From Marinilabiliales bacterium (lineage in GTDB: Bacteria; Bacteroidota; Bacteroidia; Bacteroidales; DTU049), in assembly GCA_002869435.1 (NCBI GenBank), contig PKSX01000017.1, positions 1 to 52,779 on the forward strand: 52,779 nucleotides of DNA, written 5' to 3'. Below, one piece after another: positions 10,721-18,471 of this stretch (positions are counted from its first letter, which is position 1; every line of letters starts with the position of its first letter). The position numbers and the translations under genes were made by a program. Under the pieces are notes generated by a model. It searched no databases. It saw only the letters and a program-made list of their open reading frames with translations, and had not been told where the DNA came from.

Positions 10721-11464
10721 ATGTTAGGCATAATTGAAAAATATTTGAATATCATTCAATTCTTCATTAATATCAAAATAATGAAGAAAAAACTAAAGCG
10801 TTATCAACATCTATTAAAAGGCAAACTTATTGATATTGGTGCAGGTGAAGCTCCATACAAAAGCATTTTCACTGCGTGCAATTCATATACTACAACAAAT
10901 ACAAAAAGACATTACATACAGGAGGGATTAGCAGATGTAGAGAACTCAACCGATATATGGATAGAAGACGGCACTGCGATTCCTGTTGATAATGAATCGT
11001 TTGACTCCGTAATTTGCCTGCAGGTTTTATCGGTGATTAAAGATCCGGAAGCTTTTTTTAATGAAGTATACAGGATTCTACATAAGGAAGGTGTTTTTCT
11101 GCTTACTACAGATTTTCTTTATCCAAAATGGAGCAAAGAAGACGTTATGAGGCATACCGATACACATTTGCGTAATCTTGCCGAAAAAAGCGGTCTTGAA
11201 ATTATTGCAATTGAGAGTTTCGGAGGCTTCTGGACAATGCTGCACAGCAATATTAATCGATATATCAGGAGTTATCCAAAAGAAATAAAAAAATCAAAAA
11301 CCTACTTACAGGCTTTTTTCAGAGTTCTGTTTTTTCTGATATCATTAATAATATTGCCATTTTTTCAAATATATGGCTGGTTTATTTATCTTTTTGAAAA
11401 AAACAAAACAAATGAATTTCAGTATTCTATGAATACTATTTTGGTTGCAAAGAAGACCTCGTAA
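10721..11464 (+). CDS. Class I SAM-dependent methyltransferase (Methyltransf_11-like)
   Basis: LIDIGAG motif I; IPVDNESFDSVICLQVL; EVYRILHKEG. TAAGTTTG -7 element at 10691-10698. Confidence 0.85.
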   Translation: MLGIIEKYLNIIQFFINIKIMKKKLKRYQHLLKGKLIDIGAGEAPYKSIFTACNSYTTTNTKRHYIQEGLADVENSTDIWIEDGTAIPVDNESFDSVICLQVLSVIKDPEAFFNEVYRILHKEGVFLLTTDFLYPKWSKEDVMRHTDTHLRNLAEKSGLEIIAIESFGGFWTMLHSNINRYIRSYPKEIKKSKTYLQAFFRVLFFLISLIILPFFQIYGWFIYLFEKNKTNEFQYSMNTILVAKKTS

Positions 11465-13154
11465 AAAGCGCTTTGAACTTTCTTTTCAATTGATATTTAA
11501 ATGATTGAAATATAAATGTATGTTTCTTCTGGTCAATTACAGTATAATTCCCTGCTGAACAAATAGTATGAATCCCCCTGTTAAATGTTCTGCTATAACT
11601 TGGCTCAATTATTTGAGTTCTTTCTTCTTCAAATATGATTGAATCCAATTTTGAAATCTTATTAAACTCAATTCTCGAACCATAGTATTTTGCAGAATTT
11701 TGAGATGGCCTGATTAAATCACTTTCAACATAAAACAAACTGCCTGCCGGTCTTGCAGATCTGATATCTGTTTTAACCGGATTATTCTTATGAGGCTCAT
11801 AAGGGCCCCAAATGTCTTTAGAATAATAAGCGTGCAATTCACTGTTTGAATTGTGCTTTCTTGTAAAAAAGAGCCACCATATATCATTGTATTGAAACAG
11901 GCTCGTGTCAATAGCATCAATTTTGAGGAGCTCCTTATAAAAGCTCAAGGATCCGTCCTTTTCAATCCTATATACACTAAGCTCTTTGTTTTCAGACGAT
12001 TCTGGCATTAAATACCAGTTCCCTTCATGATTAAATATATAAGGAAATGATAAATGATGTGGTTTTTCAAGGACTTCTACAACCGGAGAAAACTCCTGAG
12101 TTGTTTTATTATAAAATGAGCTTGAAATTATCCCCTTTCTTGTCTTATAATTATAGTCCTCAAAAAAGAGTAATAACCTGGTTTCGTCAAAATCAATGGT
12201 AAAAGGATCAGCAAAATAGCGATATCTCTTCCCGGCTTCAAGCCAAGTAACATTAGCCAGATTTCCATTTTCATATATGCTCTCAATCTTTTCATCAGAA
12301 ACACCTACAATCCATCTTTCCGTAAAAAACAATTCTTTATAATGAAATTTTAATTTGTTGAAAAACAATTTGCAAAGTAATCTGAATGTATTAAAATTCC
12401 CCTCAGTTTTCTTGATGGGAGCAGCAGACGTACTGGGTTCATCTTCAATATAACCGGCAACACCATTCTGAATATCTATACAAACCTGTAAAGGCCAGGA
12501 TACCGTATTATAAAGCACGTTGTCAAAACTACCTTTCAGCGAGTGCTTCACCGTTTGAAAATATCCTTTTTTCAAAATAACACCGGCATCTATTCTGTTG
12601 GTTAATCGCTGAAGAATAGCACCATTGACAGGGTCGTTATAGAGTATCTCTTTATAAACCGAGCCGGTTCCCCTGTATTTTTGTTCATCATCATGATGAA
12701 ATGACCATATGCCGTATCTGGCACTCTCTAATATATCTCCCCTGATTATATTGAAACCAAATCTTAAAACAAAATCCAGTTCTTTTGCCTTGATTTTCTC
12801 TATATCATCATTCTCAAAATATTGAGAATACCCATGATTATTAGTTTTACAGCTGATTGCCTCAATTTCCTGAATTTCTGCAGAAATATCAATTGCCCTT
12901 TTCGACTTTGGTCTTAGAATAAACCGATTGTATAGATTAAACAGCAGATACCTGTATTTGTATCGCAAAATTTTGCGAAAAAACGGCGTACGGGGTTCAT
13001 CATTGTCATTAAGAATTACCAATGTAAGCTCTATTCCATGCTTTTGCAGAGATCTGATAATTTCATATTGCCAGTGTTGCAGGGAATACCCGTCGCACAT
13101 AATGGCAAATTTTAAGTCAACCCCTTTGGTAATATGTTCTTTATCCGCCTTCAA
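11436..13154 (-). CDS. Formyltransferase-like N-terminal domain fused to a 5-bladed propeller (GINT1-N/GH43-like) domain
   Basis: LDFVLRFGFNIIRGDIL...GIWSFHH...YRG...LQRLTNRIDAGVIL in the N-half; YFADPF, LFFEDY and HLSFPYIF...YLMPES in the C-half. Confidence 0.7.
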   Translation of the reverse strand: MKADKEHITKGVDLKFAIMCDGYSLQHWQYEIIRSLQKHGIELTLVILNDNDEPRTPFFRKILRYKYRYLLFNLYNRFILRPKSKRAIDISAEIQEIEAISCKTNNHGYSQYFENDDIEKIKAKELDFVLRFGFNIIRGDILESARYGIWSFHHDDEQKYRGTGSVYKEILYNDPVNGAILQRLTNRIDAGVILKKGYFQTVKHSLKGSFDNVLYNTVSWPLQVCIDIQNGVAGYIEDEPSTSAAPIKKTEGNFNTFRLLCKLFFNKLKFHYKELFFTERWIVGVSDEKIESIYENGNLANVTWLEAGKRYRYFADPFTIDFDETRLLLFFEDYNYKTRKGIISSSFYNKTTQEFSPVVEVLEKPHHLSFPYIFNHEGNWYLMPESSENKELSVYRIEKDGSLSFYKELLKIDAIDTSLFQYNDIWWLFFTRKHNSNSELHAYYSKDIWGPYEPHKNNPVKTDIRSARPAGSLFYVESDLIRPSQNSAKYYGSRIEFNKISKLDSIIFEEERTQIIEPSYSRTFNRGIHTICSAGNYTVIDQKKHTFIFQSFKYQLKRKFKALFTRSSLQPK

Positions 13155-13170
13155 AACTAATTCATATATA

Positions 13171-14331
13171 TTAACTCAAACCTTGTTCATAGAGTTCATT
13201 AAATCGTTTCCTGATAGCACTTGCAGAAAACAGATTTACAGCACTTTTACTTATATCATCTGAACTAAATTCACTACACTGATCAAGCATTAAATCCATA
13301 GCTGAAACCAATTCTGATTCATTATTATCAGGTACCAGCATTCCATTGTTTTTATTAACAATCTCTGGTATAGCCCCCACTTCAGTGCTTACTACTGGTA
13401 GTCCACAACAAAGCGCTTCACAGATTACTACTGAAAGTGTTTCATAGTGCGAAGTTTGCAGGTAGAAGTCGCTTTTATGCATTAACTCTGCCACTTGATG
13501 TGCAGAAATCAAACCCGGAAATTCAATATAATCAAGCATGTTTTTTGATTTTGCATATGCTACTATCATATCAAAATCATCACCTGTACCGGCTAAAACA
13601 CATTTAAAATCAGTTCGTTTTGAACGCAGCGCTGCCAATGCATCCAGCATCCCGGTTAAGTTTTTCGACTTATCCTCAAAGCAACTTACATGCAGAATCT
13701 GTTTCACTTCCCTGCCCGATGTATTGTTTTTCAACTTAAAAAGATCGGTATCAACAACATTGTACAGAATATGATATGGATTTCTATGCTTTAGACCTGC
13801 ATTTAGCATTGCATCAGCCAGATACTGACTTACTGCCGACAATCCTTTCGACTTTCTGCATAGTCTTTTGGTTAGTCTTTTGCGCATCACACCTTTGTAT
13901 GTATTATGCTCCGGCAGATAGCGCGACCAGTGCTCGGTAATTACATACGGGATACCAAATCTTAACTGAATAATGCGTGCAAAAACAGCCATACGAGTGA
14001 GTATCTGAACATTAATAAGATCAGGTTTTCCGAAGCGCTTCTTTATAATCCTGAAAGCCTTGTGCATACCGGTAAACATGCCAATCCACCGGGCTATTCT
14101 ATTATTAGAGTAATAATGTACACCCACCTCCGTAAAACCATTACGGGATTGAACACTAATGCTTTTTTCTCTTCCTTTTGCAGCTTTAACATTATAAAAC
14201 AATACAGTAACCGTGTACTCAGGCACCAGCATTTCTGCATAATTTTGCACAAAAAGTCCAAACATGGGATCTTCTTCAGTTGGATACCATGCCGGCAATA
14301 ATAGTATGTGTTTCTTTGGTTTATTCACCAT
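13171..14331 (-). CDS. GT4 family glycosyltransferase
   Basis: PYVITEH; E-x7-E motif ETLSVVICEALCCGLPVVST. Start at ATG 14331, because the upstream TTG lies inside a TACCTTTG -7 element. Confidence 0.9.
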   Translation of the reverse strand: MVNKPKKHILLLPAWYPTEEDPMFGLFVQNYAEMLVPEYTVTVLFYNVKAAKGREKSISVQSRNGFTEVGVHYYSNNRIARWIGMFTGMHKAFRIIKKRFGKPDLINVQILTRMAVFARIIQLRFGIPYVITEHWSRYLPEHNTYKGVMRKRLTKRLCRKSKGLSAVSQYLADAMLNAGLKHRNPYHILYNVVDTDLFKLKNNTSGREVKQILHVSCFEDKSKNLTGMLDALAALRSKRTDFKCVLAGTGDDFDMIVAYAKSKNMLDYIEFPGLISAHQVAELMHKSDFYLQTSHYETLSVVICEALCCGLPVVSTEVGAIPEIVNKNNGMLVPDNNESELVSAMDLMLDQCSEFSSDDISKSAVNLFSASAIRKRFNELYEQGLS

Positions 14332-14505
14332 TGGCAAAGGTAAAAAAAAGCGATTAAGCCACTTGATAACGGGTAGAATACTTTTTTATTGAATTGATGA
14401 AGCGAAAATGGTTTATTGGGTATTGGTAATTTATCTAAACCTATTCCCAATCTTCAATTTCCAAACAAAAGGCATTATATTTGCGTATTCCAATTTAAAA
14501 AAACC

Positions 14506-14937
14506 ATGAAAAACCTAATTTCTATTTCAGCAGTATTGGTAATTCTTATTACAATAGTCTCTTGTAAGTCTACATCCACAGTGCTAAAAATACAAGAACA
14601 ATCAGATATTGAAGTTATTAAGAGTTTTGGTGAACCGGTAATGGACAGTACACTCGAATTTACAATTGATTCAGCATCATTAAACGACAATATTCTCTTT
14701 GTACAGATTATGTATACCGGCGAAGAAAGTGACATTTCATTTAAATTAAAATGGAATGGCATGTTACTGAAAACATATCCTCCAAAAGCAATAATCTATC
14801 TGGAGCCCGTAATAGGAGAAATCAAAGGAAAAAGTCCGGTTATTCACCAGCTCTATTTCGATATGAGCCCAATGCTTCCAATGGAAGGATATGATGAAGT
14901 GATTATTATGCTCAAAGACTACGATGGCGTATTATAA
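14506..14937 (+). CDS. Hypothetical lipoprotein
   Basis: MKNLISISAVLVILITIVSC lipobox; start moved to ATG 14506. Confidence 0.75.
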   Translation: MKNLISISAVLVILITIVSCKSTSTVLKIQEQSDIEVIKSFGEPVMDSTLEFTIDSASLNDNILFVQIMYTGEESDISFKLKWNGMLLKTYPPKAIIYLEPVIGEIKGKSPVIHQLYFDMSPMLPMEGYDEVIIMLKDYDGVL

Positions 14938-14940
14938 AAA

Positions 14941-14962
14941 AAGCAGCCCTTCAAAGCTGCTT
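14941..14962. terminator. Hairpin between convergent genes; likely intrinsic terminator
   Basis: AAGCAGC-N8-GCTGCTT with an A-run on the left, giving a U-tail on the - strand. Confidence 0.7.
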
Positions 14963-14987
14963 AAATCTTTATTATCATAATTACTCA

Positions 14988-15650
14988 CTAATCCATAGTG
15001 ATTTCAAAAGAATCCAGAAATGAACTGACCATTTCTGCAGCAGGATACTCAGCTTCTTTTGCCATCATAATCTGAAATAACCGATTGTTTACAAGCGCCG
15101 TTTCATATACAATATACATATTGTCGGTTTGCCCGATAGCATAGGTTCTTAAAGCAGGATATCCATTAATCTGAATCTGGTTCTCTCTTTCGTATATCGG
15201 ATCCATGTCTTCAAATGCGCCATCGCGTGCCGACATCAGAAGTGTATACGGGTCATCTTCATCAACAAATTCATCGGGATAATCTCCAAAAGCTACCATA
15301 TATGCCTCCGCACGACTGATTTCATAGAGATAAGAATAGAGTTCAATATCACCAACTTCTGTTGCAACCATATCCATAGTTACCTCGGGTGTTCCCGGAA
15401 ATTGTATATTAAAACCACCTTTTTCAGTTATATATACATCACCTTCAAAATCACCGGTCATATCGGCAACCTTCTCTGCAATAATATCTTCTTCATCTAC
15501 TTCATCCTCAGCATCCTCACGATCATCATTGTCTGCAACTTCGCTATCGCTGCCAACTCCATTAGTAGATGAATTTCCGCATCCTGTCCAGGTGCTTACC
15601 CCAAAGGCAATAAAAAGGAGAAAAAATACCTTTAAATAATTCTTTTTCAT
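14988..15650 (-). CDS. Hypothetical lipoprotein with acidic linker and a possibly PsbP/Mog1-like C-terminal domain
   Basis: MKKNYLKVFFLLFIAFGVSTWTGC lipobox; GGFNIQFPGTP ... FLDSFEI. Confidence 0.7.
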   Translation of the reverse strand: MKKNYLKVFFLLFIAFGVSTWTGCGNSSTNGVGSDSEVADNDDREDAEDEVDEEDIIAEKVADMTGDFEGDVYITEKGGFNIQFPGTPEVTMDMVATEVGDIELYSYLYEISRAEAYMVAFGDYPDEFVDEDDPYTLLMSARDGAFEDMDPIYERENQIQINGYPALRTYAIGQTDNMYIVYETALVNNRLFQIMMAKEAEYPAAEMVSSFLDSFEITMD

Positions 15651-15815
15651 TTCATTTAAATTTTTGGTTTTGTACAAATATAGACATTCTCAGAACAGGA
15701 AATAAGGAATATCTACATTTCAATAGGGGTAAAAATACTTTCACGTGTAATAGATACAGAGAAGCAAAAAAACTTCCTTTTTTCATATTGATTTGGTTTT
15801 ACAATCCCTTCCTCC

Positions 15816-15848
15816 GGCGCCCGTGTTGTTTCAGCGGGTGCCTTTTTT
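15816..15848 (+). terminator. Orphan intrinsic terminator inside a divergent intergenic region
   Basis: GGCGCCCG...CGGGTGCC followed by TTTTTT; no + strand CDS lies immediately upstream. Confidence 0.7.
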
Positions 15849-15916
15849 ATATCAAATAATTGAATACGCATAAAATTCCACAAACAAAATACTTACATTA
15901 GCAAAAAATATAGATC

Positions 15917-16915
15917 ATGAGAAAACTTGTTTTGCTCCTCCCTGTTCTGTTTTTATTTGCATGCAATAACGGAAGTAAAAACACACAAATAGACAATGAC
16001 ATAGATCAGAGTCTCAGAGATGAGATTGCAGTACTGGATCAGCAAATTGTGGACGCACTTGCCAATAATGATGTGAGTAAAATCAAAAACATGATGGCCG
16101 ATGAGCTGCTCGCAAAAAGCGGTGATAGCATAGAAATCATTTTAGAACAGGTTAGTTCATATGTTACAGATAATCAGTATGATATCATCAACCAGTTTCA
16201 TACAACAGGAAACGACCTGGCCGAAAAAATAGTACTTAAATCAGGTGCCGATTCTACAAAAGACTATTCTCTGGTTTTTACCATAAATAATGAAGAGGCA
16301 TTTGTCAGTTTGCTTAAGCTGAGTATTGGCTATAATGAGATTCTCGTTAGTACGGTTTATGGCAAGCAAAGCGATGGCTGGAAAATAAACATTATTCATT
16401 TCGGACTTTTTACTATTCATGGTAAAACAGCCAATGATTATTATGCATCAGCACAGCAAAAATATGAAGAAGGTTTCCTTATGGATGCTTTTATGGAAAT
16501 GATGGTGTGTATGGATATTATATATCCCGCAGGCGAAATTTTTCTATATCACAATGAGCGCAAAATGAACAAGTTAATATTTCAGATCATGGATGATATT
16601 GAAGAGCAAATGTCCTTTCCATTGCCTATAAATGAAATTCAAGGAAAACCACAGATTGTGAGTGTTTACCCTCAAACCATTGATGAAGGCATTTTCCCGA
16701 TGATTGATTATTATACGACAACCAGTATTGATGATACATTAAGCCTGATGACAGAAAACGATGCGATACATGCGGCTATGGAGAAATATATTCCGGGAAT
16801 TACTCTGGATAAGAAATATGTGTTTTACAGAGCTTATAATGATATGCCTGATGGTGTTACCGATTTGCCATTTTACGGGTTAGTGCAGGAGGCTAAAGAA
16901 ACAGAGGCTCCATAA
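15917..16915 (+). CDS. Hypothetical lipoprotein
   Basis: MRKLVLLLPVLFLFAC lipobox; 332 aa. Confidence 0.8.
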   Translation: MRKLVLLLPVLFLFACNNGSKNTQIDNDIDQSLRDEIAVLDQQIVDALANNDVSKIKNMMADELLAKSGDSIEIILEQVSSYVTDNQYDIINQFHTTGNDLAEKIVLKSGADSTKDYSLVFTINNEEAFVSLLKLSIGYNEILVSTVYGKQSDGWKINIIHFGLFTIHGKTANDYYASAQQKYEEGFLMDAFMEMMVCMDIIYPAGEIFLYHNERKMNKLIFQIMDDIEEQMSFPLPINEIQGKPQIVSVYPQTIDEGIFPMIDYYTTTSIDDTLSLMTENDAIHAAMEKYIPGITLDKKYVFYRAYNDMPDGVTDLPFYGLVQEAKETEAP

Positions 16916-17001
16916 TTCTTGAAGTAATTTCCTCAACAGCTCGTTTACTCTATGAATTCGGCCCGGTTTTTTCATCTCTTTTCTAAAGAATACCTAAGAT
17001 C

Positions 17002-17748
17002 ATGCGCCTAAGACTAGTTTTTATAGTTATTATACTGTTTTTTGCAGCATCTGTTTACCCGCAAAAAAGATCTAATCCGCGTAATCTTGAAAAAGCAGTC
17101 GAAATACTTCTGAAAGAAACACCTGACAGCATAGCCGAGCTTGTAAAGTCAACAACCGACGATAGTTTATTTGCGCTTTGCTACCCAACCGGTAAACATT
17201 TTAAAAACATATATAGCTGGATTGGTTTTGACCGTAAAAAAGCCAGACTCAAAAGATATTTCAAGAGAAAAGACATTGATTATTACGACTATAGAAGTTC
17301 TGTGGTGCTTATTGCATATAAACACACCCTGCTCAATGGTTCTTTTGATGAGGGAAAAATACTGAAACCATATCAGGAAAAACAAACCTGGAAAGATTAT
17401 CAGCATGAGAACCGCTTCACTCTTGATACATTATACGGAGTGTATATCCCATATGATCTTGAGGATTGTTTCCGTGTGCTTGATGAAATATTCAATGATT
17501 CCATTCAGGACGAACTCAAAATAATGAGAGAAAACGATTTTGCCGTACGTGCCCATTTCGGGCTGGGTATGTGGATGCGAAATAACTGGCAATTGTGGGG
17601 CGGATCGCGTCTTTCGGTATATTTTCAGGAATTGGGCGTCATTCATCCCGATAATATTTCGGGCATCATTCTGATCAGTTATCACCGACATATTTGCGGA
17701 AAAGAGATTAAGCTGGAAGAACAGATTAAAGACTATAAAACTGAATAA
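17002..17748 (+). CDS. Secreted DUF6794-like protein
   Basis: IPYDLEDCF...AHFGLGMWMRNNWQLWGGSRL..YF..LG..HPD..SGIIL.SYHR recognised as DUF6794-type. Confidence 0.7.
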   Translation: MRLRLVFIVIILFFAASVYPQKRSNPRNLEKAVEILLKETPDSIAELVKSTTDDSLFALCYPTGKHFKNIYSWIGFDRKKARLKRYFKRKDIDYYDYRSSVVLIAYKHTLLNGSFDEGKILKPYQEKQTWKDYQHENRFTLDTLYGVYIPYDLEDCFRVLDEIFNDSIQDELKIMRENDFAVRAHFGLGMWMRNNWQLWGGSRLSVYFQELGVIHPDNISGIILISYHRHICGKEIKLEEQIKDYKTE

Positions 17749-17756
17749 AACACCGT

Positions 17757-17794
17757 ACTTTCCACTTTCCACTTTTTACTTTTCACTTTCCACT
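17757..17794. repeat. Heptamer tandem repeat (ACTTTCC)n, about 5.4 units
   Basis: ACTTTCC ACTTTCC ACTTTTT ACTTTTC ACTTTCC ACT. Confidence 0.85.
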
Positions 17795-17825
17795 AAATTT
17801 CGTAAATTGCAGAAAATCCCATATT

Positions 17826-18086
17826 ATGAAAAGCGGACAATGCATAAAATGCGGTGCCATGCAGGTATACACCACCAAATCGGGTGCACGCATTAAGATA
17901 GAAATAAACGGTGGTTGGCTGGCTGATACGAATATTGAAACATATATGTGCATGCAATGCGGATATATGGAAACATATTTCCCGATGAGTCCACCTGAGG
18001 TAAAAAATCGGAAGCATTGGGAACTGGCTCAAAAAACCCATGCTGAACAAATTGAAGGATTAAAAGATAACTGGAGAAAACTATAA
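17826..18086 (+). CDS. Small zinc-ribbon protein
   Basis: CIKC ... CMQCGYMETY, two CxxC pairs. Confidence 0.7.
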   Translation: MKSGQCIKCGAMQVYTTKSGARIKIEINGGWLADTNIETYMCMQCGYMETYFPMSPPEVKNRKHWELAQKTHAEQIEGLKDNWRKL

Positions 18087-18087
18087 T

Positions 18088-18456
18088 ATGAAAAAAATAC
18101 TCTTTCTCGTAGTTCTAAGCATAAGTATATCTCTTAGCGCTCAGAACCTCACTACTACCGGGACATTTAGTAATGCCGGCTGTTATGAGTTTGAATGTAA
18201 TTTCACTTTCATCGACATTGATGGAAACAATGAAACATTTTTTTATGCCTACCTAATGGATAGCCCCTACATGCCAATATACATGTTGAATGGAGATACA
18301 TTATGGGAACTTACCGATCCTGAAGATAATCTAAGTCCCAACCCCGATATCATAGGTAAGAATTTCGAAATTACCTATCAATTAACAGACTGGACCGATG
18401 CCGGCGACAATACTATTGAAGTAAAATGGGTATTATGGATGATTGAGCTGGAATAA
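18088..18456 (+). CDS. Hypothetical secreted protein
   Basis: MKKILFLVVLSISISLSA-Q signal peptide; starts just after the zinc-ribbon gene. Confidence 0.7.
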   Translation: MKKILFLVVLSISISLSAQNLTTTGTFSNAGCYEFECNFTFIDIDGNNETFFYAYLMDSPYMPIYMLNGDTLWELTDPEDNLSPNPDIIGKNFEITYQLTDWTDAGDNTIEVKWVLWMIELE

Positions 18457-18471
18457 ATCCTGCTCTCTGCA

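Noticed and set aside
14412-14464. Weak heptamer-like inverted tracts and the TTG extension of ORF 14416
   Set aside because: Too degenerate to call; the real start is the lipoprotein ATG at 14506.
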